Source: Camelus dromedarius
Taxonomy: Eukaryota
Assembly: GCF_036321535.1 (NCBI RefSeq)
Contig: NC_087436.1
Location: 105,960,001 to 106,024,000, forward strand
Reading direction: 5' to 3'
DNA length: 64,000 nucleotides
Part shown: piece after piece, positions 1-12,384 of the stretch
How the letters are laid out: every line of letters starts with the position of its first letter
Position numbering within the stretch: the first letter of the stretch is position 1
Notes under the pieces: model-generated
Database searches by the model: none
Seen by the model: the letters and a program-made list of their open reading frames with translations, nothing else
What the model was told of the DNA's origin: nothing
Program-made: the position numbers and the translations under genes

Positions 1-550
1 TTGGTAGTGAATTAAGAGTTAGTTTCAGTCTCATTGGGGTGCAGGGATTTTTCTTGGAGTTGCCTCTCAATGCCAAAAAATTTTTATGAACTTCCCCTGT
101 CAGGGAAGTTTTCAGGAAAGTCAATAGGTGAGACTCTCCCCATTTTATAAGGATAGGTTCTTTAGTACTTAATTTTTTTTTTTATTGTAAAAGAAATATC
201 ATTCCAAGTTTCCACTTCTAGCCATATGATGGGTAGACCAGATACTCTAATAAATCTTCCTGCTCAGATAACCTAAGAATGCTGGGTAAAGTCTAACTAA
301 CATTTTAAAATGATATCTGCAAAAAAGGGGTAACAGTTTCCAGGGTATCATGGGAAGTGGGTGTGATGGATAAGCTGAGACTTTGCCCTGAGGGTGTTTG
401 CTAAGGGCAGAAAATTAGATTCTTTGACTACTGTGCTGGGGACCAGAAACTGGTCTTTGGGCCTGTGCAATTTGGGAAGTTGCAACTGAGACCCTACTGT
501 AAAGCTGGGGCGCTCAAAGGACTACACCTTCCATGAAAAAGTGAGTTAGT

Positions 551-700
551 GAGGGAGGGTGTAGCTTGGTGGTAGAGTGCATGCCTAGCATGAATGAGGT
601 CCTGGGTTCAATCTCCAGTTCCTCTGTTAAATAAACAATAAATAAATCTAAATATCCCTTCCCCCTGCAAAAAAAAAAAAAAAAAAGCGCTAAAAATTAA
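551..700 (+). mobile_element. tRNA-Ala-derived SINE (camelid Vic-1 type)
   Basis: tRNA-like head with A box (TAGCTTGGTGG) and B box (GGTTCAATC) and an A-rich tail. TSD AAAAAGTGAGTTAG (536-549) / AAAAAGTGAATTAG (701-714). Confidence 0.92.
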
Positions 701-1202
701 AAAAAGTGAATTAGGGAAAACTCCCTTCCTTTTGTCTAAGAGAGATATGTTAGACTTAGCTCTCACTAGGGGAAAAATGTCTTCTTCCCCAAATTTTAAC
801 AACAGCCCTGCCCTCCTTTGGTGTTGGGGTTGAATTTATACTCCCTGAGCAATCTGGATGAGATCTTAACTTTAGAGGTCCTGGATTGGTGGTGCTCAGA
901 GTGCCTGGAAGATATGGATGCAAATGCTTGCTGGAGAAATGCACCTTTATCCTAGACCTTACAGCATCTCCATAGTTTCAGATTAGTCTCATGTGATCTC
1001 ACAATCTGGAATCACAAACACATGAAGAATTTAGTTGTTATGTATGTAAGAGTCAAGGGAAACAACAGATAGCAGAATGAGATTCTTAAGTACTTCAAGC
1101 ATTGAAGTTATGGTAATACTTCATAAAATAAGAGAAAAATGTTCAGTGAAATAGTAGAACTGAAAACATGAGCAGAAGAATTGACTAATCCCAAATAACA
1201 TA

Positions 1203-1542
1203 CAATTGTCCCCCCTCATCCATGGGGGATACATTCCAAGACCCCCAGTGAATGCCTGCAGCTGCAGATAGTACTGAACCCTAAATATACTATGTTTTCT
1301 TCTGACACTGATGAGCGGGTGTCATATGCAGTGCAGATATGCTGGACAAAGGGATGATTCACATTCTGAGCAGGACGGGGCTGGATGGTGCAAGAGTCCA
1401 TCTTGTTACTCAGAAAGGCGTGTAGTTTTAAAACTTATGAATTGTTGATCTCTGAAATTTTCATTTAATTTTTTTGAACCACGTTTGACAGCTGGAAACT
1501 AACACCACAGAGAGTGAAACTGCAGATAAGGACAGACTACTG
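1203..1542 (-). mobile_element. MER44A-like non-autonomous Tigger (TcMar) DNA transposon
   Basis: Degenerate TIRs CAATTGTCCCCCCTCATCC ... GCAGATAAGGACAGACTACTG, with TA on the left flank. Internal GGGGGATACATTCCAAGACCCCCAGTG and ACAAAGGGATGATTCAC match MER44A. Confidence 0.85.
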
Positions 1543-1934
1543 CATGTCCCAAATGTTTATTGAAAAGCCTAGAAAGATTCAAAAAGACCCAAGGAGAACA
1601 TCTAGAAATAAAAACAGAATTATTGAAATTAAAAGTAAAGCATGCTTTTTGTAAGAAATTTGGAAAGAACACAAGAGCCCCCATAAATTGACCATCATTC
1701 TATCACAAGGGACAAGCAGTATTAATACTGTTTATGTAATTCATTCAAGTCCTTTTTCCTGTGCATTTTTGCAAAGTAGACATCATATTCCATATGAGTA
1801 TAATTTGATGCTATCATTTTCTTTCTATATAATATGCATTTTCCAATCATGCTGTATAATATATGTGAATAAAGAAATTCCATAAAGTAAATGTCCCCCT
1901 ATAATTGGATTTATTTATTTATTTATTTGCAAAG

Positions 1935-2120
1935 AACATCTTGGCAGAAGCTGCCAGGCCTTCTTAATGCTTAGGCTAGAAATTGGCACAGTGTCACTTT
2001 CTCCACATTCTACTTGTTTAAGTCAGTCATATGACAAGTTCAGATTCAATGTGGGGAGAGTCTATATAAGGGTATGGATAATGGAGGCATGGTTCTTAGG
2101 GAGCTAGCTTCCACAGAATA
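1935..2120. mobile_element. MaLR LTR fragment (old MLT1)
   Basis: GCAGAAGCTGCCAGGCCTTCTTAA...AGAAATTGGCACAGTGTCACTTTCTCCACATTCTA is typical MLT1 sequence. Confidence 0.6.
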
Positions 2121-2229
2121 ATGTTTTTGTTTTCCTTTTTGTTACAATGGTAGTATGTTACACACTGTTCTGCATCTTACTTTTTTCAATCCAATATTTT
2201 GTAGTATGCTCAGTATTAATACATATATT

Positions 2230-2680
2230 ATTTGGAATTAGGATTGGCTGCAATAAAACTCCAAATAATAGTGGCTTAAACAAAATAGAAGTTTGTCTTC
2301 TGAATTTAAGAAATTTGGAAGTGGTTGATCCAGCTCTTCCTGTTTTGTTATCCTACCACATGTGACTTCCATTCTCAAACCACCTCAATATCTAAAATGG
2401 CTGCTGGAGTTCCAGCTATCCAGCTGCATTCCAGCCAGTAAGAGAGAAGGAGAAAGAGGGGAAGAGAGTATGTCTTTAAATGTACTACCTGGAATTTGTA
2501 TCGATCATTCCCATTTACATTTCTTAGGCTAGAATATATTTACAGGACTATACCTAGCTGCAAGGGAGGCTAAGAACTATAATCTTTATTACAAATAGAC
2601 ATGTGCCAGCTATAGACCTGGGAATCCCATTCTTAAAGAGGAAGAGAAGAATCGATATCAGAGGACTATTGTACATTAAG
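2230..2680 (-). mobile_element. MaLR LTR (MLT1J/K-like)
   Basis: Motifs AATAGTGGCTTAAACAAAATAGAAG, AAAATGGCTGCTGGAGTTCCAGCTATC and CCTAGCTGCAAGGGAGGCT. Confidence 0.72.
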
Positions 2681-3448
2681 AATTTCCTGATGTTTTGTAT
2701 ATATGAGTCCATATAAGAGTCCAAAATGGTATTTTCTGCTATATTGTTTTCAGAATGATTGTACCAATTACAGTGTACTGAAATGCCTGTCTTAAGTCAC
2801 CCTCATCAGCATTGGGTATAATGGACTTTGTAATATTGGCAGTCAGTTGAGATTATGTCATGTTTTAATTTACTCTTCTTTGATTACTAGTGTGGATTGA
2901 CATTTTATTCTATTGTTTATTAGCCATTTATATTTTATCGTCCCTGAACTTTTTCTTCATGTCCCTAGTACATGGAGTGATTTGGCTTGTTTTTCTTAAC
3001 TGTTTATTAATCATTTATGTTAAGGTTATTGACCCTTTATCATGTTAATTATGAAGCAGAATTAATGTTTCTGAAGTCCTGGAATAGAGGATATTTGAGA
3101 GTACCATTTTGTAACTGTGGTGGAGAGGGAAGAGCTCTCTTCGTACTATAGGGAACTGTGATTTGCACAAGTTCCATGTTTGAGTTAGTATCATTCTTCT
3201 GTAGTGTTTTCATGGCAGAAATTAGAGTATTTTTCTATGAAGGAACCAGAAGAACCAGAAACGACATGGAGAGAGTTCCAAGCACGAGCTGTGGGGATCA
3301 ACGCCATGCTCGTTGACCTCTAAAGCGATTGCCAGGGCTTCCTGAATCCTGCTTTGTCAGGACTCAGAGTTAAAAATACGAGACTTAAACTAAGATACAT
3401 AGTCTCTTGGTGTTTCAAGGTAGAGAAGGCTGTAATGACACCACCTAT

Positions 3449-3462
3449 CCATTAGAGGGCGC
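3449..3462 (+). promoter_or_regulatory. Candidate CTCF-binding motif
   Basis: CCATTAGAGGGCGC has one mismatch to the CCASYAGRKGGCRS core and retains its CpG. Confidence 0.4.
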
Positions 3463-4189
3463 GCTACAGACAGCCATCTCCGTTGCGAGCATTTTGTAAA
3501 CACTGTCTCTCTTAACCTGCACAGGCACTCAACACATAGTAAGAATGCTATCAGAGTTCTTTAGCACTAGACTATAAAGTTCGTGAGTCAACAACTCTTA
3601 AAGAGGGATCTGGCCTTAGCGATTACTAGATCAAACCCCTCACCTAACAGGGGAAGCAGCTTGCCTAACATTTTCCAGCTTGTTAGCTGTGGAAGCAAAT
3701 CTAGAGCCCATGTCTAGAACTTTCATGTAAGCTACCACGTTCTCCGTGCCTACCTGCCTCTGAGCCTTCACCATCGTCCTGCACCTGCCCTAAGGCTTTG
3801 GAATGCACACTCCTGGAGAAGTCAGCCTTGCCGGATCTCCCAGGAATTCCAAGCGTGGCTGCTTACTAGGGCACCCTGCCCCCTTGTGGCTGTACCTGAG
3901 AACAGCACTCTCCTGCACCCTGGTGACCAAGGTCCGGGGTCTGCCCAGCTCAGCCCCAGGAAGTGCGGGGACAATGAAACCTTGAGGCTCCCAGAGACTT
4001 GTTTCATCTCAGAGACACTGAGAAGAGGTCAGCAGGAGATGTAGGGCTAACGTGAGAGCTTGGAGGACTGGTGAAGAACAAGTCCCAAACCAAAAATGAG
4101 AACATAGAATGTAGAGGAAGAGCAAAATGGTGTTGTCACTTAAAAAAAAATGTTTTTATGATGTGATGAAGTGAGTGGGAGGAGCAGCA

Positions 4190-4380
4190 CCTTTGGAGCC
4201 AGATTCGGGCTTCCATCCTCATGGCTTAACACGGTGTGACCTTGGGGAAGTCCCATGGTGACCTCTCAATTTCCTCTTCCATGAATTGCAACAATGATGC
4301 CTGTCCTATTGAAAGCCCAGGCGTGGTACGAGACTCAGACTGTGTTGCAGTTTGAAAGCACCTAGTAAAGTGATGCACAA
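4190..4380 (+). mobile_element. MIR SINE (degenerate)
   Basis: CTTTGGAGCCAGA...GTGTGACCTTGGGGAAGT...CTCAATTTCCTC core. Confidence 0.6.
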
Positions 4381-4782
4381 ACTAAGGAGCTGACAACAGA
4401 ACAGCTTGCTCTTCCCAGGAGTTGCACTGGAGTGGGTCAGTCCCCATTTTCTCTTCAGGATGATGCACATTGACAGACTTCTTAGTGTTTGGGAGGCGCA
4501 TTGGAATGGAAAATTACAAGGACCTGGAATCTGGGGTTGTTAACTGATCAACTCAAAGGAACCCACCTCTGTGGGGCCCAATGCTGTTTGTAACTGACCA
4601 GTCCTCATAAATACTACCCTATTTAAGTGAGAATCAATAAAACATGCATTGGTGATCTAAAACCAGTCGGCACTGTGGTTTTTTGGGTCTAAATAAGTAA
4701 AAGAGGAAACAAATTTCACTAACTATATTACAGTGATAATAATAGTTACAATGATAATTAGCTTTCATTAAAAATCAGTTCT

Positions 4783-6320
4783 CACAAATACTACTAGAGC
4801 TGATCAAAGAATTCAGCAAGGTAGCGGGTTACAAGATTAATGTTCAAATATCAGTTGCATTTCTTTATACTAACAATGAATCAACAGAAAAAGAAAGTAA
4901 AGAAACAATCCCCCTTAAAATAGTACCCAAAGTAATAAAATATCTAGGAATAAATCTAACCAAAGAGGTGAAAGAATTATACATAGAAAACTATGAACCA
5001 TTGATGAAGGAAATTAAAGAAGACTTTAAAAAATGTAAAGATATCACATGCTCTTGGATTGGAAAAATCAATATTGTTAAAATGGTCACACTGCCCAAGG
5101 CAATCTACAGATTTAATGCAATCCCTATCCAATTACCCAGGACATATTTCACAGAACTAGAACAAATCATAATAAAATTTATATGGAACCATCAGAGACC
5201 TAGAATTGTCAAGGCATTGCTGAAGAGAAAGAAAGAGGCTGGAGGAATAACTCTCCCAGACTTCAGACAATACTATAGAGCTACAGTCATCAAGACAGCA
5301 TGATATTGGTACAAAAACAGACATATAGACCAATGGAACAGAATAGAGAGCCCAGAAATGAACCCACAAACTTTTGGTCAACTCATCTTCGATAAAGGAG
5401 GCAAGAATATACAATGGAATAAAGACAGTCTCTTCAGCAAATGGTGTTGGGAAAACTGGACAGCAGCATGTAAAGCAGTGAAGCTAGAACACTCCCTTAC
5501 ACCATACACAAAAATAAACTCAAAATGGATTAAAGACTTAAACATAAGACAAGATACAATAAACCTCCTAGAAGAAAATATAGGCAAAACATTATTTGAC
5601 ATACATCTCAAAAATGTTCTCCTAGAACAGTCTACTCAAGCAATAGAAATAAAAGCAAGAATAAACAAATGGGACCTAATGAAACTTACAAGCTTCTGCA
5701 CAGCAAAGGAAACCAAAGTAAAAAAGACAACCTACGGAATGGGAGAAAATTTTTGCAAGTGAAATTGACAAAGGCTTGATCTCCAGAATATATAAGCAGC
5801 TCATATGACTTAATAAGAAAAAAACAAACAACCCAATCCAAAAATGGGCAGAAGAACTAAAACAAGCAATTCTCCAAGGAAGACATAAAATGATCAATGA
5901 AAAAATGCTCAGTATCACTAATTATCAGAGAAATGCAAATCAAAACTACAATGAGATATCACCTCACACCAGTCAGAATGGCCATCATTCAAAAATCCAC
6001 AAATGACAAATGCTGGAGAGGCTGTGGAGAAAGGGGAACCCTCCTACGCTGCTGGTGGAAATGCAGTTTGGTGCAGCCACTATGGAAAACAGTGTGGAGA
6101 TTTCTCAAAAGACTAGGAATAGACTTTCCATATGACCCAGGAATCCCACTGCTGGGCATATATTCAGAAGGAACCCTACTTCAAAAAGACACCTGCACCC
6201 CAATGTTCATTGCAGCACTATTTACAATAGCCAAGACATAGAAACAGCCTAAATATCCATCAACAGATGACTGGATAAAGAAGTAGTGGTATATTTATAC
6301 AATGGAATACTATTCAGCCA
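4783..6320 (+). pseudogene. Disrupted L1 ORF2 (RT thumb to C-terminal cysteine-rich domain)
   Basis: Track ORFs 4968-5303, 5358-5762 and 5897-6241 are pieces of one ORF2. It is broken by TGG>TGA at 5301-5303, frameshifting indels near 5715 and 5870-5900, and TGG>TAG at 6239-6241. The Zn knuckle reads [18 protein letters not shown] (His>Arg). Confidence 0.93.
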
Positions 6321-6752
6321 AAAAAACAGACAACATAACACCATTTGCAGCAACATGGATGGTCCTGGAGAATGTCATTCTAAGTGAAGTGAGCCAGAAA
6401 GAGAAAGAAAAATACCATATGAGATCGCTCATATGTGGAACCTAAAAACAAACAAACAAACAAAGCATAAATACAAAACAGAAATAGACTCGTAGACATA
6501 GAATACAAACTTGTGGTTGCCAAGCGGGCGGAGGGTGGGAAGGGATAGACTGGGATTTCAAAATTGTAGAATAGATAAACAAGATTATACTGTATAGCAC
6601 AGGGGAATATATACAAGATCTTATGGTAGCTCACAGAGAAAAAAAAATATGACAATGAATATACATATGTTCATGTATAACTGAAAAATTGTGCTCTACA
6701 CTGGAATTTGACACAACATTGTAAAATGATTATAAGTAATAAAAAATGTTAA
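4783..6752 (+). mobile_element. 5'-truncated LINE-1 (ORF2 3' half + 3' UTR + short A tail), relatively young
   Basis: ORF2 peptides [44 protein letters not shown] and [25 protein letters not shown] near 6738. Exact 13-bp TSD AAAAATCAGTTCT (4770-4782 / 6753-6765) at a TT/AAAA endonuclease site. Confidence 0.97.
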
Positions 6753-7113
6753 AAAAATCAGTTCTGACAAATCTGGGCAGGGTTCTTATTTTAAGTTTTC
6801 CACTGGGAGTACATGTTTAAATATTGAAAATACAAAGCGTATTTGACAGATGAACCAATGGAAGCTTTCAGAGTTTGTTACTTATTTAGTGTGCTACTTC
6901 TAGTAAGTGACAGAAGCAGGACTTGAACCCAGGGTCTTCCCGGCTCTGCTCTGAATCACTGTTCTGTATTGCCTTGTCTCAAAAGGATGACAATTTACTG
7001 TTCTAGTTACATCACGTAGGACATTGGACCAGATATGCTTTTTTCATTGTTTTCTGAAAACCAATTAACTTCCAAGCTCTGAATTATTTGCTTTTAAGCA
7101 ATAGTGATTAATA

Positions 7114-7292
7114 ACGTGTCTCATTGATTCCCAAACAAGCATTTCCCCCACATTTTAACATCTCTGAAACTGGATGCTTCTTACAAGTGAGGGTGTATCA
7201 TCATTTAATTGGCAGCATTTTTCTTCTTTAGTGGCACATAAAATAATGGTGCATCTCACAATTGACAGTATCTTGGATTTGATGAAATGCAG
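7114..7292 (+). mobile_element. MER104 (TcMar-Tc2) MITE
   Basis: TA-flanked, with degenerate TIRs (ACGTGTCTCATTGATTC ... GATTTGATGAAATGCAG). Internal CACATTTTAACATCTCTGAAA and CATAAAATAATGGTGCATCT match the consensus. Confidence 0.82.
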
Positions 7293-7667
7293 TAATGACT
7301 TAGTTCATATACAGAGTAGGGCAGAATGGAGAAACATAGATAACCTCGGGGTGTCCTGGGGTTGGGTACCACAGGGAACAACATTATCTCTTTTCTATCC
7401 TTTCACCTGTGATTCTGCTTAACACCCTTGGCTTCTCTCAAATGAGCTGATAGCTCAGTTTTTCATCTCTTCTCCATCCAGTTGGCTTTTGTACCACAAT
7501 CAGCGTTTTCTTCTTAATGAACTACCTACTTGTAATGATTTCCCAGCACCTCACATGAAGGCCAGAGACAACCCTTCAGAGTCCCCCCCGAGTCTTAAAT
7601 CTGCTTCCTGCTGTATCTCTCATTACATCCTCATCTTAGCCGACTCCTGAGGGTCTTTGATCTATTT

Positions 7668-8167
7668 CAGTGTTTCCTAGAGTGTAGGACAATGATTCAA
7701 AATGACTTTAGGTGGTAATCCTACAAAGCCTTGAAAACTTTGAGTTACCCATGAGTCATTTTTCAGAATTTAGAATTTTTAAGGAGTTTAGCGTTTAGAG
7801 TTCTCTCTCAACCCTTCAGAGAACCTGGAGGAGAAAGTCTGTGCTTGATGCTGGGAAGTCTTCAAAATCTGTCCATCCTAGTTTCTCTTTGTGATATCAA
7901 GAGAGTGGGCTTCAGCAGTAGTTAGCTAGAATTTCATTGTTTTGTTTTCATTTACTTACTTGTATAGTTATCTTGTGCTTGGGGAAGGCAACACTGGATT
8001 TCCATTTATAGTAGTGACAGAAAGATTTCCTTTAAAAAATAAATTTATTTCAGTAACATGGAGCCAATTAAGAAAAGAATATTAAGCAAACACTGGTACA
8101 GATGGTATGTAGCTATGGCAAGAATTGTGAATGTAGTACTCACGTGACAAAAATGTGGGCAGCCGCG
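7668..8167 (+). mobile_element. hAT-Charlie non-autonomous element (Charlie4a-like)
   Basis: Begins CAGTGTTTCC and ends with TGGTATGTAGCTATGGCAAGAATTGTGAATGTAGTACTCACGTGAC, resembling the Charlie4 terminus. Confidence 0.6.
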
Positions 8168-8169
8168 AT

Positions 8170-8630
8170 CTGTTCTGATTACTTCACTTCTCTGGGTGTT
8201 TGTGCATGCTGTTCCTTAATTGTAGGTGCTCTTTTCCTTACTCACTAATAGTGGAACTCCCTTGCTTTCTCCTCCTTGAAGCCTTCCCTGATTTCTATAG
8301 TCAGAATTAATTGTGTGTGCCCATAAGACATTGCTTAAAACTTGACTCAGTACTTTTTTTGGGGGGGGGGGTCGGGGGGAGTAGGTTGGTTTGTTTATTT
8401 ATTTTAACGGAGGTACTGGGGATTGAACCCAGGACTTCATGCATGCTAAGCATGCACTCTATCCCTGAGCTATACCCTCTCCCTGCTTGTTATTCTCATC
8501 TTATCATAGATGTTCATGTGCCCATCTCTGTTGTAATTGGAAACCTTTGATGGGCAGGGACTGCTTCTCAGTTCATCTCCATGGCTCCTTCAATGCCTTA
8601 TATGTGGTTATAGGAAAGAATGAATGGCTG
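8170..8630 (+). mobile_element. L2 3' end, interrupted by a SINE
   Basis: TGTGCATGCTGTTCCTT, CTCCTCCTTGAAGCCTTCCCTGA, TGATGGGCAGGGACTG and a terminal GAATGAATG. Confidence 0.6.
8354..8483 (-). mobile_element. tRNA-Ala-derived SINE (Vic-1 type)
   Basis: Reverse-complement head GGAGGTACTGGGGATTGAACCCAGGAC...CTGAGCTATACCCTCTCCC with a T-rich and G-rich tail on the left. Confidence 0.92.
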
Positions 8631-8885
8631 GATTTGAACTTCATGCTAGCAATTATTTTATGCAGTTTCCCCCCATTCTGCAGACACCCCGCCTGGTTGT
8701 AGACAGCTCATTTGTTGGGCTTACCTTTTAGTTTCAGTGTAATCATCGTTACTGAGTCCCTTGTGGGACCTGCATTGTTTTTCAGCATAAATATTGTGCA
8801 AGGAAGGTCATGGGGTCATCTGAAAACTATTCATGAGGAAGTTAACCTGAGCATAAAGCCAGAGACAGGCCAGAAGGAGGCGTGC

Positions 8886-8888
<3 letters not shown>

Positions 8889-8921
<33 letters not shown>

Positions 8922-8945
8922 TGTCTGTGTGCGCACGCGTGTGCC
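8889..8945. repeat. (TG)n microsatellite extending into an alternating purine-pyrimidine tract
   Basis: About 15 TG units followed by GTGTGCGCACGCGTGTGC. Confidence 0.95.
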
Positions 8946-11199
8946 GGTGGAGCAGTAATCCATTGGGTTTAAAGCAGTACCTTTTGGTTGACTTCGCTCC
9001 CCATTTGAAGCCCAAAAGACAAAATTCAGTGACCAAAGATAATGATAATCTAAGCAGAAAGAAAGAGAGATAAATAAAATACTTGCAGTTTTTATACTTG
9101 AGCAGTCTTGTTATCCTTTTCAGAGTCTTAGATAAGAAGCTTTGCTCAGCCTGCATGAGCCAAGGCAATGGGAGAGTGTACAGAATTACAAAGATAGGTG
9201 CTGCTTCTGGAAGGAAGTCCGATTCCGCTACCAGTGTTGTCTTCTGGAAAGAGGAAGCAGAAAAAGACCTGGTGCCCCTGCACCACCCATTAGGTCGGAT
9301 TAATGGTGTTCTGAACAGCTTCTAAGAAAGCTCACTGTTTACTAATCTTATCTCAGTGAAGGAGGAGTGAGGTCAGAGTGCATTTGAGGAAGGGGAGGTC
9401 AGTGAAAACCGGAGGCGGCTTTATGGGAACACACCTTTCATTTTCTTCTAAGACTTTCAAGGCGTGCCTGGCTGTCTCTACCACAAAGAGCTCTGCTCAG
9501 TTCCTAGCATTCTCCTTCAGACTATGACAGGGGGCAAGTGGCACGAGGCCCCAGTTAGCCATCTGGCTTTTATTTTCCTCCATTTAGGCTTCAACCGCAT
9601 TGAGGTGCAATCAACATGATAGTTTAATTGTCCCCCAAGGAATGCTCCAGTACAGCCAGGACTGACACATGATGGTCTGTGGAGTGGGGCTCTTTATTAA
9701 GAAAAAAAATCTTCATCTACTTGCCAGTCATTTATAAAAGAGAGTCCGGTTTTAATGATTGATAACAGTTGGACACATCTCACTGTCCTTTTTCGTGTGC
9801 TGACTTTTTCGTGGGCTTTAGTTGGTAGATCTAGGGAAGATGGGAACAGCTGAAAAAACTTCCCGTGTCAGGTTTTCCCAGAGTGTCCCGAGTGCTCTGG
9901 CAAACTGAATTGGAATAGTAATTAATCTGATCAATTTTACATTAAAAGCTAATTTCTGTCTGTATTTTCTGTATCCTTTGTCAGGTACAACTCTGTGGTC
10001 TGCTGATCTTGGGAAGAGTATGCAGCATGTCTGTTTCAGAGTCCATTGAAAGCAGTTTACTTCACATGTTAAATATATGGGGCAGTTAGTCTTGCTACAG
10101 CAATACAATTATTCTGGAAAAGAATTTTCAATGATGAAAATGAAAAAAAGTTAAAATAGTCATAATTTACTGCTCCGGAGTGCCGGGCAGCTGTTTTCTG
10201 CCTCGATCTGTATTCTAATAAGTCTTTTAAATGAAGAGATTTATGAGATTATTTTAATTTTGATGTCTTTTTAATGCTTCATGCATTTTAAATACAACCT
10301 TTTAATAGTTTTTGAGATTGAAGAATTTAATTTTGTTTTATACTGCAGAAATAAATGTATTCTCAGGAGACCGCACCATTATTGTAGTTCTTTTTCTTCC
10401 TTTTTGGAAAATCAGCATATCTACTACATACAGCTCAGCTGCCAACCAGAACCGGCAAAGTCTTTAAAGGTTGGGAGCCTGCAAATTAGAAGAAAAATGT
10501 TCATCATTGTGTTACAGTGTAACTGGTGCTAATACAATTTTTGTACGTGTAGATGTATGTTTCCCCCACTAGAGAAAAGGTTTCTTGGTGAAGATGAGCC
10601 AACTTTATTTGGAGGAGAAGTCAGAGAAGTCTGTGAATTGAATGTATATGTTATACATCTCTTGTGATGATGAGGTATGGCCAGGTCAACCTCAGATTTT
10701 CAAGAGATCATTGTCCTGTGTGTGTAGCTGCTTGTTGGTTTTAAAGTACAACATTATGGGCAACATTCACCCAAAAACATATTTTAGAAAAGTAGTAACA
10801 GTCTGGTACAATTAAATTTTTAAGGCATTGAAGAAGTCATAGCAATGGATTGAGAAGTGGCCTCTGCCCTTAAAAGGTTTCCACTCACCATGGATAAAGG
10901 CAGAGAAACTTCATAATAATATTTTACTTTTACCTTTTACTTTCTAGGCAGGGAAAGCCGTAAAGTGAAGGAAAGCTGTTAGAGCCAAAAGATTTGAAGT
11001 CATCAAAAAAAGTCTGTTAAAATGCAAATATAAGGAGTTACCCCCAACTAAAAGTTTTTCCCTGATATTTTAAGGTAAAAATCATTGAAATTCCTAAGTT
11101 GCTTTAGACAATTTAACATGTGTTAATTGGAGTGATCCAGCGGTCATGAAACTTAGATCTCCATATTATGTCAGAGCAGCCTGAGATGCAGAAAATTCT

Positions 11200-11610
11200 T
11201 GAATCTATGTGCTATTTTAAAAAGGTGAGATATCCAAATCTAAAAAGCCAGGAAAAATACCACTTCAAACAATGTTTAATAACAGGGGAAATGCTTTTGA
11301 TATAATGTTGAATGAAAAGCGAGCCAGACAAAACTGCATGTGTAGCATCCTAACAATAGAAGGAGCAGTTTTTGCAGGACATAAAAAAGTGGTAACACGA
11401 GCTGCAAGAAGTTGGAAATAAAATTTTTTTATTGGGAGCATGTAAATAAGTGGTTGTACACATATACATATTGTGCATCTACACAACATTACAACATTAA
11501 GAATATTTATTTTGAAGTTGTGGAATTTAGGATGAATTTTTTTTTCACTTTTTTTTGTTTTAGAATTTTCCACAGTAAACATGTTTTTATATGGGACCAA
11601 AAACTAATAA
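11200..11610 (+). mobile_element. Old L1ME-type 3' end
   Basis: GGAAATGCTTTTGATATAATGTTGAATGAAAAG...CAAAACTGCATGTGTAGCAT and a terminal T-rich TTTTCCACAGTAAACATG. Confidence 0.55.
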
Positions 11611-12099
11611 AAATACATCTGGTTGTATAAAATAACACATAAATGGAGGCAGAATTTATTGTATAAATCGCTAAAAATCTTACCTTCTCATTGCAAGCAT
11701 GCGTTTTCTCAAATAGCAAGCTTCTCTTTATTTGTATTTGAGGGGAAAGAAAGTGCTAACTTCCCGTCTTGTGACTCTGATCTCACTTTGAAGCTGGAAA
11801 CATGGACTTGTCTGAGGAATAATCGTATTCCATGAACGCTTAGGATATTGCTGCTAAAACAGAATTTTCATAGTGCTGCTTTGGGCAGCTCTTTTATTTT
11901 CCTGAAGAAGAAAATAAGTTACTTATAATTCATATGCTGGGTAATGATTAGTCGAGTTTTACTACACCATTTAAAATTCCAAACTTACCCAAATTGCTTT
12001 GTCAACAAAAAGGCAGGCCATAAACTCTCAACCAGTTTTTCCCCTCTGGGTCATATTGTGAGGGTTGACATTTCTAATCTGCAGCTTTAAAACGGGACC

Positions 12100-12290
12100 T
12101 TATTCAGCCCTTACTAACGTCCCTATTTGTGGGCAATCCTGTCAAGTGTTTTGCTCTCATGGACCTCAGTTTCTTGAGCTGTATGATGGGTCTAAGACCT
12201 GTCTTACAGAGTCGTGGTAAAATCAGAAGAGATGATACATGGAAATGATGGCATGCCTGCGAAAGGTGTAACAGTAGTTACCATTATCCT
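12100..12290 (+). mobile_element. MIR SINE
   Basis: GGACCTCAGTTTCTTGAGCTGTATGATGGG core. Confidence 0.55.
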
Positions 12291-12384
12291 TATTTATGTC
12301 CTCATTATTAATATTAATAAATGCAGGCTCCATCAAGGCCAGAGCTTTGATGCTTCTGTGTCTCCCTGCAATATCTAATAATAA

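Larger units (their letters stand above)
210..1640 (+). mobile_element. Ancient L1M-type 5' UTR/ORF1 remnant, interrupted by a SINE (551-700) and MER44A (1203-1542)
   Basis: Starts TTCCACTTCTAGCCATATGATGG, resembling old L1M 5' ends. A-rich ORF1 coiled-coil-like sequence (GAACATCTAGAAATAAAAACAGAATTATTGAAATTAAAA) resumes after the MER44A. Recalled similarity only. Confidence 0.5.

Noticed and set aside
3243..3323. Possible terminal coding exon (EPEEPETTWREFQARAVGINAMLVDL*)
   Set aside because: The acceptor is weak, the peptide is not recognised, and the apparent coding look comes from a 9-bp tandem duplication (GAACCAGAA x2).
4520..4690. Possible ancient LTR fragment with AATAAA
   Set aside because: No termini, TSD or family match that I can support.
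4968..6241. Functional L1 ORF2 or a domesticated gene
   Set aside because: It is 5'-truncated (no endonuclease or RT core), with premature stops, frameshifts and a mutated Zn-knuckle His.
9788..9813. 10-bp direct repeat CTTTTTCGTG
   Set aside because: A short, T-rich local duplication with no further structure.
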